Source: a virus (Duplodnaviria; Heunggongvirae; Uroviricota; Caudoviricetes). Taken from it: DNA of 64,000 nucleotides. Below are positions 1-8,867 of the stretch, piece by piece. The stretch lies in IMG/VR virus record IMGVR_UViG_3300042346_001601; one strand, 5' to 3'. Numbering within the stretch: position 1 is the first letter of the stretch; each line of letters starts with the position of its first letter. The position numbers were made by a program, and so were the translations under genes. The notes below the pieces were generated by a model. That model searched no databases. It saw only the letters and a list, made by a program, of their open reading frames with translations, and was not told the DNA's origin.

Positions 1-123
1 GTCGGGACTTAATCCCAATTTAGACTGGAGTTTTTTCACGTCCTCTCCTTTGGACCCAATTTTTAGTAACATAGAGTTTTTACTTTATATATCAGAAATT
101 CGTCTCAACGCTGGGAAAAAAAC

Positions 124-134
124 GATATATAAAG
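124..134 (+). promoter_or_regulatory. putative promoter -10-like element TATATAAAG 13 nt upstream of the plus-strand gene
   Basis: Sequence gaTATATAAAg at 126-134 immediately precedes the ATG at 147; resembles AT-rich phage late-type -10 boxes. Not verified. Confidence 0.25.
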
Positions 135-146
135 AAAAAAAATTTC

Positions 147-455
147 ATGGCTTACCGTATAGTTCTCCGTCAGGACACCTCAACCAACTGGACCTCCAAT
201 AACCCAACTCTGTTGAGTGGAGAATTTGGGTTTGAAACCAACACTTATAATCTTAAATTAGGCAACGGGGTTTCAACCTGGACATCTTTACCTTATTGGA
301 ACTCGATTGTAGCTGGTCCTGCTGGGGCTCCTGCCACCGGAGGATCTACTGGAGCAACTGGACAAATGGCTTTCACTGGTAGTTCTACCGGAGGGTATCT
401 TTATGTCTGTGTTGCAGGTTCTACCTGGTTGAGAACAGAATTGACTAGTTTTTAA
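147..455 (+). CDS. phage tail-fibre-like small protein (conserved fibre-type N-terminal domain plus Gly-rich stretch)
   Basis: N-terminus MAYRIVLRQDTSTNWTSNNPTLLSGEFGFETNTYNLKLGNGVSTWTSLPYW matches the widespread phage tail-fibre N-terminal motif (RxDTxxNWTxxNP..GExGxETdT..KiGdG.t.W..LPY), followed by Gly/Ala/Thr-rich collagen-like segment. Only plus-strand gene in the first 57 kb. Confidence 0.5.
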   Translation: MAYRIVLRQDTSTNWTSNNPTLLSGEFGFETNTYNLKLGNGVSTWTSLPYWNSIVAGPAGAPATGGSTGATGQMAFTGSSTGGYLYVCVAGSTWLRTELTSF

Positions 456-649
456 ATTCGGTTTTTGACTTCCTGCTTTTTCCACCAAAGGCGGGCTAAA
501 TCCCTTTTCAGATTACTACAGCTAAAAAGCTGCCCAACCCCTAGTAATAAAGTCACTATTGCCCAGATTTTTGGCAAAAAGATGAGGCACAGAAGCCACA
601 CAAAAAAACCCAGAGCATAGGCTGGGAAATTTTCTTTAAGATTTTTCAT
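452..649 (-). CDS. hypothetical small membrane protein
   Basis: ORF in minus-strand tiling, hydrophobic stretch; no motif recognised. Confidence 0.3.
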   Translation of the reverse strand: MKNLKENFPAYALGFFVWLLCLIFLPKIWAIVTLLLGVGQLFSCSNLKRDLARLWWKKQEVKNRI

Positions 650-839
650 GTTTGGAGGAAAGATATTGTTGTGCTGCTCTGCCCATCCACTGTAAGGGAT
701 CTTCTAGCTTGGGCTCGCCCTTCACGGATCCGGAATGAAATCCTGAATTGGGAGTGGCATTTGGACTGCCGGTGGAGGCCAGATTGAGTCTTTCCAATTT
801 GGAAACAATCTGTTTTAAATATTCTGGATTTGAATACAT
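636..839 (-). CDS. hypothetical protein
   Basis: minus-strand tiled ORF; no motif recognised. Confidence 0.3.
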   Translation of the reverse strand: MYSNPEYLKQIVSKLERLNLASTGSPNATPNSGFHSGSVKGEPKLEDPLQWMGRAAQQYLSSKHEKS

Positions 840-882
840 AGGCCTTGAATTGGCTTATATATCTTTCATCAACTCTGGTTTT

Positions 883-1140
883 TTATTCCCTCCCCTGTGA
901 TTCCACCAGTGAAATCACCTGGTCCAGAGTTTTAAAGATCATCATAGATGGATCCTGGTCGTCCTGGATACCCAACAGCATCTCTCCAGATTCTGATCTA
1001 CCCACTCCCAGGGTGCCTAGACCCTCGCAGATCAAAGGATAGAATTCATTCGGCTGAAGTTTTTCCCAGATTTCTGCGTAGTCGAAATCATGCCAATCAA
1101 AGTTAAATGCTTCTTCGTATTGCTTGCTAAATTCTGCCAT
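883..1140 (-). CDS. hypothetical protein
   Basis: minus-strand tiled ORF, acidic; no motif recognised. Confidence 0.4.
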   Translation of the reverse strand: MAEFSKQYEEAFNFDWHDFDYAEIWEKLQPNEFYPLICEGLGTLGVGRSESGEMLLGIQDDQDPSMMIFKTLDQVISLVESQGRE

Positions 1141-1256
1141 TTGAGGAGAGGTGGGTTAATTTTTTGTAATTTCGGATGAATGTGAGTGGATAAGTTAAGA
1201 AGAAATCCCGTGTTTAAAATACAAGATCCCTTGTAAGAGTTTTTGGGTTTAGATCT

Positions 1257-1439
1257 CTAGTCCTCGTAGAAAGAAAAAGCACCATCGGTGTCCGTGTAGT
1301 CCAGAAAGTATTCCGTTTCGGATTCAAAAAGGTCTGTTTTTAAAGGGATAGCGGAAACTTCTGACTGCTGCTGGTGAGAGTCAGCAGAAGATGATTTTTG
1401 GGGTCCGTTCTGTAGAGGTGGAAGAGAATCAAGAGACAC
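1257..1439 (-). CDS. hypothetical protein
   Basis: minus-strand tiled ORF abutting next ORF (shared coordinate 1439). Confidence 0.35.
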   Translation of the reverse strand: MSLDSLPPLQNGPQKSSSADSHQQQSEVSAIPLKTDLFESETEYFLDYTDTDGAFSFYED

Positions 1440-1639
1440 TAGTTGTCAGATGATTTTTGGGTCTGCTCTTTTTGGACTTGATTCAATAAAGTCACAAGGA
1501 TCTCCCCTAATTCATAGTAGTTGGGACAGCTAGAGGTTAACTTTTGGGCTACCTGAATAAAGTCACCGGGTCCGAACAGAGGGGAGTTGTTGATAATTTC
1601 TTTGCATTCGGCTAAGACAAGATCTTTTTCTGGTTTCAT
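1439..1639 (-). CDS. hypothetical protein
   Basis: minus-strand tiled ORF. Confidence 0.4.
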   Translation of the reverse strand: MKPEKDLVLAECKEIINNSPLFGPGDFIQVAQKLTSSCPNYYELGEILVTLLNQVQKEQTQKSSDN

Positions 1640-1651
1640 ATGATTGTGGAA

Positions 1652-1915
1652 TTAAGAAGTGATGTATTCTAAGATGTCTGACATCTTTGCTCTTCCCGAT
1701 TCCTCTGGGAAGAACCAGGATTTTCCTCGACTATCTATGATAGCAAAATTTCCTTCTAGCCATTCTCCTAATGCGGTGGGGGTAAGCGTATAACATTTTT
1801 CATCCCACTGATCGTACACGTCGAAATAATTCTTAGTGCCTGGAGATTTAACAATTCTTAAATTATCTCCTTCGTAGTTGATGAGGGGAGTGCCTTTGGC
1901 GGAAGAATGCTTCAT
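1652..1915 (-). CDS. hypothetical protein
   Basis: minus-strand tiled ORF. Confidence 0.45.
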   Translation of the reverse strand: MKHSSAKGTPLINYEGDNLRIVKSPGTKNYFDVYDQWDEKCYTLTPTALGEWLEGNFAIIDSRGKSWFFPEESGRAKMSDILEYITS

Positions 1916-1973
1916 TCTTATGTTTTTTTTTATATATTTATTTTTAAAAAGAAGTTTCGGATTTTTTGGCAGT

Positions 1974-2210
1974 TCATGAAACTATTTTCACCTCCGAGTC
2001 GGTTTCTATGACGACTCTGGCCCCACAAGAAATGAGGGGCTTGGTCTCGGTGCCCGATCCGCAGTAGGTAATCTTACTTGGCCCTAAAATCTCAACCTCA
2101 TTACAGTAGGTATTTTTTTTACCTTGTTTCACTGTAATAACTGGTAAATCCGTTCCTTTTGTTTTGTTGGAACGAATGTGATGTTGGTTGACGTGGATTT
2201 TAGTTTTCAA
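1974..2210 (-). CDS. hypothetical protein
   Basis: minus-strand tiled ORF. Confidence 0.4.
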   Translation of the reverse strand: MKTKIHVNQHHIRSNKTKGTDLPVITVKQGKKNTYCNEVEILGPSKITYCGSGTETKPLISCGARVVIETDSEVKIVS

Positions 2211-2222
2211 AATTCAAAAGAT

Positions 2223-2396
2223 TTAATTGTTGGGTGTGATTGATTTTTTAATCTCTTCTAATAAAAAATCTACTTGTTCATCTAACATACTTATACCATG
2301 TATTTCTTTTATTGATTGGTATTCATTTACACTAATTATTGCTTTAGCTTCTTTTTCACCATCTGTGATTGTAATTTTAATTTGTAAATTTTTCAT
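2223..2396 (-). CDS. hypothetical small protein (57 aa, below ORF-track cutoff)
   Basis: ATG (cat at 2394-2396) to TAA (tta 2223-2225) fills the 2211-2480 gap: MKNLQIKITITDGEKEAKAIISVNEYQSIKEIHGISMLDEQVDFLLEEIKKSITPNN. Confidence 0.25.
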   Translation of the reverse strand: MKNLQIKITITDGEKEAKAIISVNEYQSIKEIHGISMLDEQVDFLLEEIKKSITPNN

Positions 2397-2480
2397 AATT
2401 TAAATTTTTAATTTGATAAAGGTATTGTTATTTTTTAATATCTTTCTTATAAATCTGCTTTAAATATTGTTTTTCATTAT

Positions 2481-2738
2481 CTAATAAATATGTACAAGTT
2501 CAGTATTTATATCATCGAGTTTTATCCCTTTTTCTAACACATTTTGAATGAAATTAAGAGCATCATCATAATTATAAAATCTAGTAAGGCCGGTATATTC
2601 CCCACCATCATAATGTCTTATAGACTTCCAATAAGGTATTCCTATAAAGGTTTTCCTTTTTTTAATCCAAAAAAATGGTGTACCTTCTTTACCATACTCA
2701 TCTACATACACACTTTTAAATATTTTGTAGTTGCTCAT
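2481..2738 (-). CDS. hypothetical protein, paralog of 25296..25565
   Basis: C-terminal ...YDDALNFIQNVLEKG resembles ...LKDAIDFVENVHSG of ORF 25296..25565. Confidence 0.45.
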   Translation of the reverse strand: MSNYKIFKSVYVDEYGKEGTPFFWIKKRKTFIGIPYWKSIRHYDGGEYTGLTRFYNYDDALNFIQNVLEKGIKLDDINTELVHIY

Positions 2739-3304
2739 AAAAAATCAGGTTTTTTGTAATACTCCCATACTTCATCCAATTGTTTTGGGTCTTTTACCCA
2801 CATAATCCAATCATCTTTTTTAATTTCTTCCTCCAACACATCAATGTAAAATGTTTTTGGTGTAAATGGAAATCCTTTAATTTCCAAAGAACTATGAAAT
2901 CGGTTTGTATTGTTGATAGCATCCTCTCGAGTCATGTAAATAGGTCCTGACCAAGTTGTTCCATTAGGACATCTTTTGATAATAGCGTCATTATATGTAA
3001 CCCTACCATCCTTATCCTTAAACAATCCACCCTCTCTTTTGTTTTGATACCAAGGTTTACCTGCTAAATCACTAACATTTCCCCACTCTTCATCTTTACC
3101 TGTAATAGGCCCCAGTGGTTTGTAGTTAGCTAATTTGTGAAATAAAGAGGCTACAATCGGTGCTGAACCACCTGAGTGTCCTTGTTTTTCAAATACCTCC
3201 ATTAGTTCCATAACTGCCTCTCCGATGGCTCCTCCATAGTCAGAATCTTCTCCAAAGAAGCCTGCTAATTCTAATTCAAATTTTGCGTGTGATGTTGTGC
3301 TCAT
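2735..3304 (-). CDS. hypothetical protein
   Basis: 189-aa ORF, ATGA start/stop overlap with downstream gene; no motif recognised. Confidence 0.5.
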   Translation of the reverse strand: MSTTSHAKFELELAGFFGEDSDYGGAIGEAVMELMEVFEKQGHSGGSAPIVASLFHKLANYKPLGPITGKDEEWGNVSDLAGKPWYQNKREGGLFKDKDGRVTYNDAIIKRCPNGTTWSGPIYMTREDAINNTNRFHSSLEIKGFPFTPKTFYIDVLEEEIKKDDWIMWVKDPKQLDEVWEYYKKPDFL

Positions 3305-3334
3305 AACTTATATTTTTTTAATTGCTGGATGTGA

Positions 3335-3898
3335 TTATAGTACCGCATATCGTAATGTACACCCAGTATATCCCATAGGTCTATACTCTTCAGGATTATC
3401 TAATACTCTTTCTAACATATTACGAATCATTTGTTTATCATCTTCATATGTTCTTTTAGGCGCGTCAATATCTTGAGGAAACTCAGGTGACCAAGTTAAT
3501 GTTATACTTTGTTTTGGTTCAAAGGTTTCTGGGTTAAATGTTATAGGTGCAAACACACACCCATCTTTTACTGGCTTATACATCTCTTCTGGTTCGTATA
3601 TTTTTGGAGTAAATGATATAGTATAAACATATCCTACTTTATGTTTATAAGTTGGATTTTCGGAATCTGATATTTTAATAGATTTCGCAACAATGGGAGT
3701 TGTCTTGTCTTCAGTAAGACCTGAAGGTAATTCCATCCATATAATCTTATCAAACTCAAAATGTTTAATTAGTTCTGCTTCTACTTGAATACGTTGTTCT
3801 TCTGATAGTTTAGTTATCGATTCAATATCATTATAACCATAAGTTTTATCTGCACTTCCGCAGATTGATAGTAGTTTTTCTGTTAAATTTGATTTCAT
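3335..3898 (-). CDS. hypothetical protein
   Basis: 187-aa ORF; no motif recognised. Confidence 0.5.
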   Translation of the reverse strand: MKSNLTEKLLSICGSADKTYGYNDIESITKLSEEQRIQVEAELIKHFEFDKIIWMELPSGLTEDKTTPIVAKSIKISDSENPTYKHKVGYVYTISFTPKIYEPEEMYKPVKDGCVFAPITFNPETFEPKQSITLTWSPEFPQDIDAPKRTYEDDKQMIRNMLERVLDNPEEYRPMGYTGCTLRYAVL

Positions 3899-4003
3899 AA
3901 ATTATATTTTTAATTTCATAAATGTTTCTTTTTGTGTTGTACTAGATTACCATACCCACCAATTTGTTTGCTACAAATATCACAAACAAATTTTTCTAAA
4001 GTT

Positions 4004-4573
4004 TTACCTTTGTTCCATGTAGGTTTTCCCTTTTTTGGTTTCACTTATTTTGTTACTATGTTCTTTTGTTCTTGGTGGTTTTGGTTTCCTTAATTTTTCT
4101 CTATTCTCTCCTTTTTTCATTGGATTATTATCACCTGATAATGCAATGCTCATTTTATATCTATACTCATCAGATTTATGAAATCCATGTGATATTCTTT
4201 TTTGTATTGTTTCTTCGGATTGCGTTACCCCAATTTGATATTCTCTTAATTTTTGTTTTTGCTCTTCTGTTCTTGCGTATCTTAACTTTTCTCTAACTTC
4301 ATCTGATGGATTGAATAACCCCTCACCCCCATCTGTCATATTTGTCAACATATCTCTACCATATTTTTGAATTAAATATTTTTCAGTGTCACATGCACCT
4401 TCCCATTCAATATCCGATTCAATAATTTCAACATCATATCCATATTTAGCAACAACGTTTTTCCAATGTATGTTTCTATTTCTATAAGAATAAGCTCTTT
4501 CTTCATAAAGGCCAATCCCAACATAAAAAACTTCATTAGTATTTTTCTTTTTGTGTAAATAAACAACTGCCAT
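4004..4573 (-). CDS. GIY-YIG family homing endonuclease (freestanding, I-TevI/Seg-like) with C-terminal NUMOD-like basic tail
   Basis: N-terminal VVYLHKKKNTNEVFYVGIG...YSYRNRNIHWKNV...KYG fits the GIY-(x10)-YIG..R..H..N motif; lysine-rich DNA-binding C-terminus. Sits 71 nt downstream of thyA C-fragment, like I-TevI and td in T4. Confidence 0.8.
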   Translation of the reverse strand: MAVVYLHKKKNTNEVFYVGIGLYEERAYSYRNRNIHWKNVVAKYGYDVEIIESDIEWEGACDTEKYLIQKYGRDMLTNMTDGGEGLFNPSDEVREKLRYARTEEQKQKLREYQIGVTQSEETIQKRISHGFHKSDEYRYKMSIALSGDNNPMKKGENREKLRKPKPPRTKEHSNKISETKKGKTYMEQR

Positions 4574-4587
4574 ATATTATTTCTTTT

Positions 4588-4601
4588 GGTATAAATATAT
4601 G
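4588..4601 (-). promoter_or_regulatory. putative promoter element (sense strand CATATATTTATACC) upstream of GIY-YIG gene
   Basis: Plus-strand GGTATAAATATATG; near-identical 14-mer GGTATAAATATACG recurs at 28877-28890 upstream of another gene; member of recurrent CGTATATTT(G/A) family. Confidence 0.3.
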
Positions 4602-4644
4602 AAAGTTGTGAAAAAGGTGTTTTAATTGTAGGTTATTTTTCATG

Positions 4645-5445
4645 TCAATTGGACAGGGGCGCTTTAATTGTTGGATGTGATACATAATTTTCTAAAATAA
4701 TATCTCCTGGCATAAATGATTCGATACCATCTCTAACGTGAACATTTGGTAGTCTAAATGGTTCTCTTTTTATTTGCTCTTTTGCTTGTTCAATATGATT
4801 TAAATACAAATGTGTATCTCCTAAATTACCAATCAATTCATCAGGTATCATTTGTACTTCATCTGCAATCATTTCCAATAATAATCCATAAGAAGCAATG
4901 TTGAATGGTAAACCCAAGAATGTATCTACTGAGCGTTGATTCCACATTAGAGAGATTGCTCTGGTTGGAACTTCGGCTTCATTCATTATTTTAATATTTA
5001 ACTCTTTAATATGTTCTCGGGTTTCCATTTTAAATCTTTCTGTTGATTGAAATATATTACACCGTTCTTCATAACTTAACTCTCTTGTATAAACTTGAAA
5101 TCCATAATGACAAGGTGGGAGAACCATTTGGTCTAATTCACCTACATTCCAAGCCGAAACCATTAATCTCCTACTATCAGGATTTGTTTTAAGGTCGTTG
5201 ATTAGGTTTTGGATTTGGTCAATATACTGTGTTCCTTTTACATATAAGGGTTCAATATCATCACCATCATCAATTTTTAATGTTGTTGGAATAGCAACTT
5301 CGGTTTTCCATTTTCTCCACTGTTTACCATAAATTGGTCCCAAATCACCCCACTTCTTAGCAAACTCATCATCTGTTTTGATTTTGTTGATGAATTCTTC
5401 TTGGGTGTATGGTCTTCCATCTGGGTGTAAGTGTTCTTTATTCAT
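4645..5445 (-). CDS. thyA: thymidylate synthase ThyA, C-terminal fragment (from GDLGPIYGKQWR to C-terminus) with own ATG and 30-aa N-extension
   Basis: Contains canonical TS motifs DLGPIYGKQWR, DSRRLMVSAWN, LPPCH (catalytic Cys), QRSVDTFLGLPFNIASY, GDTHLY. Lacks first ~85 residues of TS, which are encoded by ORF 6454..6771. Confidence 0.9.
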   Translation of the reverse strand: MNKEHLHPDGRPYTQEEFINKIKTDDEFAKKWGDLGPIYGKQWRKWKTEVAIPTTLKIDDGDDIEPLYVKGTQYIDQIQNLINDLKTNPDSRRLMVSAWNVGELDQMVLPPCHYGFQVYTRELSYEERCNIFQSTERFKMETREHIKELNIKIMNEAEVPTRAISLMWNQRSVDTFLGLPFNIASYGLLLEMIADEVQMIPDELIGNLGDTHLYLNHIEQAKEQIKREPFRLPNVHVRDGIESFMPGDIILENYVSHPTIKAPLSN

Positions 5446-6409
5446 AACTTTTTATTTCATTTTTTAATTGTTCTAAATCAATATCACATCTTTTACTTTT
5501 AGTTCTATTACTACTCCATTCTATCATTTGTAGATTACAGTGATGACTAATAATTTCAGGTTCTACATTATTCAAAAATCCTTCAATTATTGAGTATTTG
5601 TGGTCTAATTGGAACCCAATTTTTCCATTTGTTACTCTTTCTAAATTATTTGGGTTTATAATGTTTTTATACATTTTATATGTTGTTTCAGTTAATCGTT
5701 TAACTTTTTTTCTATAAATTTGGTAATCCGACAAAAACTCATCAGGTATTATCCATCCTCTTTCGATTTTTGTTTTAATACCATTACCAATTCTATTTTC
5801 CGAGTTAATATTAGCGGAATTATTAACCCCGTATTTATCTTTTAATACTTGCTTTATTTTCTCTTTTATACTGTGAGATTTAAACGGGTTGTCAACACCA
5901 TACTTTTTAATCCAAGTATTTAACGCTTTTTGTTTTATTGCATCACTATGAAAAGAATGTTCAACACCATATTTTTTAATCATAGTTGATTTAATTTTCT
6001 TTTTTAGTTCAGGACTTTGTAAAGTATAACCACCGTATTTTTCATTAACAGTTTTACGTCTTTTATTATTTCTTATGATTTTATCTGTTTCCGATAAACT
6101 ATTATATCTTTCTCTAAATTTATTTTTAGTTAGTTCCGAATTGTTATTACACTTTGCAGAACAAAATTTTCTATTCAAATCAATAATTGGGTTACCACAA
6201 TGGAAGCAAGTATTAACGGAGTTTCTATCTTTCAAGATATACCTTATCCTATCAACCAATTTAGGATTGTAAATAGTTAGATATTGAGTACTATCAATAA
6301 TATCCTGTTTAAGTGATGATTCAATTACTCTTAATTTTTGAGACAATATTTTATACTCATTATTTTTTATAACACACAAGGTTGTTTCAATTTTAGTTTT
6401 TAGACACAT
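5438..6409 (-). CDS. HNH homing endonuclease with NUMOD-like KYG repeats, inserted between the two thyA fragments
   Basis: C-terminal QLDHKYSIIEGFLNNVEPEIISHHCNLQMIEWSSNRTK = HNH motif (DH..N..HH.NL); repeated KYGV.NPF/KYGVEHSF modules; Cys cluster CFHCGNP..CSAKC. Stop overlaps thyA-C start (TATGAATAA). Confidence 0.8.
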   Translation of the reverse strand: MCLKTKIETTLCVIKNNEYKILSQKLRVIESSLKQDIIDSTQYLTIYNPKLVDRIRYILKDRNSVNTCFHCGNPIIDLNRKFCSAKCNNNSELTKNKFRERYNSLSETDKIIRNNKRRKTVNEKYGGYTLQSPELKKKIKSTMIKKYGVEHSFHSDAIKQKALNTWIKKYGVDNPFKSHSIKEKIKQVLKDKYGVNNSANINSENRIGNGIKTKIERGWIIPDEFLSDYQIYRKKVKRLTETTYKMYKNIINPNNLERVTNGKIGFQLDHKYSIIEGFLNNVEPEIISHHCNLQMIEWSSNRTKSKRCDIDLEQLKNEIKSYE

Positions 6410-6453
6410 TTTGGTTTCTTTTATAATAAATATCTAAAAACCAACAAAAGTCA

Positions 6454-6771
6454 TTATTTTTCCTCATCTTTCTTTAACTTCTCACATTCTTTTAGGTATG
6501 CTTGATAAGCATCCCCCGTCCAAATGTTACAGTCATTTTTAAGAAGATACTCTATTGATGTATCGCCTCTTAAAAACCAAAGTAATTCTGTACATATTGA
6601 CTTCCACGCCATTTTCTTGGTTGTAAGAAGTGAAAACCCTTCACTCATTTTATGACGGATTTGTCTACCAAATACTGAAATAGTACCAGTACCTGTTCTA
6701 TCTTTCTTTTCCACTCCATTATCTAATATATCTTGGAGTAGTGATTGATACTGTTTATCGAGGTTGTTCAT
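6454..6771 (-). CDS. thyA: thymidylate synthase ThyA, N-terminal fragment (residues ~1-85) ending in its own stop codon
   Basis: [84 protein letters not shown] aligns to E. coli ThyA 1-85 (KNDRTGTGTLSIFG...FPLVTTKR...ELLWFLQGDTNIAYL...NVTIWD). Confidence 0.9.
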   Translation of the reverse strand: MNNLDKQYQSLLQDILDNGVEKKDRTGTGTISVFGRQIRHKMSEGFSLLTTKKMAWKSICTELLWFLRGDTSIEYLLKNDCNIWTGDAYQAYLKECEKLKKDEEK

Positions 6772-6943
6772 AATGTTCTAATTGTTGTTCGTTAAAAATG
6801 TGTAATAATCCATATTCATCCATTTCGGCTACTAATCTAATTTCACCTTTTATTGTTGTGAATACGGATACAATTGTGCAAGGAAATTTATATCCTTTCG
6901 GTTTCCACGCTTTATCTCCTACTTTAAATTTTGTGTTATTCAT
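6755..6943 (-). CDS. hypothetical protein
   Basis: minus-strand tiled ORF. Confidence 0.4.
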   Translation of the reverse strand: MNNTKFKVGDKAWKPKGYKFPCTIVSVFTTIKGEIRLVAEMDEYGLLHIFNEQQLEHYEQPR

Positions 6944-6947
6944 ATAT

Positions 6948-7241
6948 TTAATAATTTATTCCATTTTCATATTTGTTAATTGTATCTTCCATCTGATGGA
7001 ACATTTGTTTAATTCTCATCCCAAGTTCATATGGGTCGGCATGCTTAACACCTTCTAATGTTATTCTATGGTTGGCTTTAAACCATTGTGGTGTTTTAGA
7101 CCATTTTTCTTCGCCTAAAAATCCTTCATATTTTCTGTATGCCACATCATGCATTGTAACCAAACAATCAAATCTGATTTCACATACTCGTTGTGTATTT
7201 GCAACAATTTCAGGTACAGGTGTTATTTCTATTTTATTCAT
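6948..7241 (-). CDS. hypothetical protein
   Basis: minus-strand tiled ORF. Confidence 0.45.
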   Translation of the reverse strand: MNKIEITPVPEIVANTQRVCEIRFDCLVTMHDVAYRKYEGFLGEEKWSKTPQWFKANHRITLEGVKHADPYELGMRIKQMFHQMEDTINKYENGINY

Positions 7242-7268
7242 GACTTTCTATAGTTTTGTTGTTGTATG

Positions 7269-7724
7269 TTAAGATAACTGGAGTAAAATTCTATCTTCTT
7301 TTTTAAAACATTCCCCATTTATTATCATATCGCCACTTTCATTTTTTTCAGTTTCAACGGTACAATAAATCCATCTGAGTTGTTGAAGGTGAGATACAAC
7401 GCTAGATATTTTACACCATTTAGGTTTAAACATATCACTTGCCGTGTCGATATCATCTAACAACTTAAACATAAATTCAAGTTTATGTGTTAATGTTGCA
7501 ATATTAATACCTCTACGTTGTGATAAATCAATAGCATAAGTGTCTTCAGTCATTTTAACTAATTCATCATCAACAGAGTGAGCTTCTTTTGCTTTGTTAT
7601 AGCAATACTTCACATAATTTTTATTACCTTCTATCCCTTCATACCCTTCGAGAATATCTTCAATTGATGATAACACATCTCTTAATTTGTTTGCTGAATA
7701 TAGCATTTTGTGTTTGTCGTTCAT
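7269..7724 (-). CDS. hypothetical protein
   Basis: 151-aa ORF; no motif recognised. Confidence 0.5.
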   Translation of the reverse strand: MNDKHKMLYSANKLRDVLSSIEDILEGYEGIEGNKNYVKYCYNKAKEAHSVDDELVKMTEDTYAIDLSQRRGINIATLTHKLEFMFKLLDDIDTASDMFKPKWCKISSVVSHLQQLRWIYCTVETEKNESGDMIINGECFKKEDRILLQLS

Positions 7725-7827
7725 AACTTTCTAGTGTTTTAGATGTTTTTTCCAAATGTTTACTACCGCTTCTGCTCTTGGGCCTTTTAGTTTTGACCAA
7801 CGATTAATCCAGTGTTGTATTTCTTCT

Positions 7828-8589
7828 TTATTCATCATCTTTTTTTTCATGTCTAAACCAATTAATCATTCCATCATAAAAAACACTACCATGATTTATC
7901 GAACCATAATCTTTATGTTCTGCAAAATGTTCAGCATCCAGCAAATCATCTTCGTTTTGTGTTGAGTTTGGTGGTTTCACATTTGATTTTCTTTTTTCCA
8001 ACTCATTCCACCATTCATCCGATGTCATATAACTCAAATCGGGATTAATCCTAATTTCTCCGGGTTCATATCCCAATAAGATTGTGGCCGGTAATCCATA
8101 ATACCATATTTTTCTTCCAATCTCTTTTTCTGGGTTTATGAAATTAAAAGGATGTTCTGATATTTTACTTATCAAAGAATGTGCTTCAGCCAATGCCCCT
8201 CCTAAATCTCTCCAATGAAATTTATAAACTTCCTTACCATTTGCTTTAATTGTACATATCCCACCATTTCTGATGCTCCACTCATCCCACTTATATTTGG
8301 TTGAATTAAATTGTCTATAATTTATTTCCCAGCAAACTCTATGAACACCCGTATCGATGTATGGGATAAGCTCTCTCATGGTTGGTACTTCATCATCATT
8401 ATCCGAATGATAAACTGAGTAGTCTAACCACCATGTATCAGGACACCCATTCCATTTACCTAAATTGTGTTCATATCCATCAATTGAGTAAACTGGATAA
8501 AGTCTATCTCCTATTTGAATATCAAATATTTTATGCGGTTTTCCAAATTTTTCGGCGGCCTGTTCTAATGTGTAATTTTGTTGTTCCAT
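7828..8589 (-). CDS. hypothetical protein
   Basis: 253-aa ORF, Trp-rich; no motif recognised. Confidence 0.5.
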   Translation of the reverse strand: MEQQNYTLEQAAEKFGKPHKIFDIQIGDRLYPVYSIDGYEHNLGKWNGCPDTWWLDYSVYHSDNDDEVPTMRELIPYIDTGVHRVCWEINYRQFNSTKYKWDEWSIRNGGICTIKANGKEVYKFHWRDLGGALAEAHSLISKISEHPFNFINPEKEIGRKIWYYGLPATILLGYEPGEIRINPDLSYMTSDEWWNELEKRKSNVKPPNSTQNEDDLLDAEHFAEHKDYGSINHGSVFYDGMINWFRHEKKDDE

Positions 8590-8592
8590 AAC

Positions 8593-8811
8593 TTATTTTT
8601 CAAATTTTTTTAATTCATCGTATAAATCTTGATTTAACTCTTTGAGTTTATTTCCCAACTCTAAAAGAGCATGTTCGTTCCAATACCCTTTTTCATCTTC
8701 GGGTCTAAAATAGTAAAATCCATCAATATCAGGCACAAAATAACCTATCAATTTTCCACCATGTGTGGTGGTAATTTTATAACTATGTTCTACTAATTCG
8801 TAATTTAACAT
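8593..8811 (-). CDS. hypothetical protein
   Basis: minus-strand tiled ORF. Confidence 0.4.
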   Translation of the reverse strand: MLNYELVEHSYKITTTHGGKLIGYFVPDIDGFYYFRPEDEKGYWNEHALLELGNKLKELNQDLYDELKKFEK

Positions 8812-8867
8812 TGAGTTTAATTTTGGTTTTCAAAATAGGTAGTCTTGTGTGTGAATTAGTTTGTGTG

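Noticed and set aside
126-133. T4 late promoter consensus TATAAATA
   Set aside because: Exact consensus not found upstream of genes on the coding strand; TATATAAA at 126-133 and TATAAATA strings at 4591/28881 are on the non-sense strand for adjacent genes or only approximate, so not claimed as T4-type late promoters
4066-4296. Plus-strand ORFs inside the minus-strand block (e.g. 4066..4296, 6075..6272, 6798..7058, 7072..7272, 8382..8591, 9271..9576, 13835..14167, 16723..16986, 22599..23189, 28474..28925, 36232..36453, 40203..40653, 48515..48748, 59464..59721 minus, 60179..60382 minus)
   Set aside because: They lie fully within longer opposite-strand ORFs that carry recognisable motifs or fit the tight co-directional tiling; low-complexity or hydrophobic translations typical of frame shadows in AT-rich DNA
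5438-6454. Canonical group I intron in thyA (T4 td-like)
   Set aside because: Not excluded, but only 44 nt precede the HNH ORF and its stop overlaps the downstream thyA ATG, leaving no room for a standard ribozyme core; both thyA fragments have their own stop and start. Kept as an alternative in the finding
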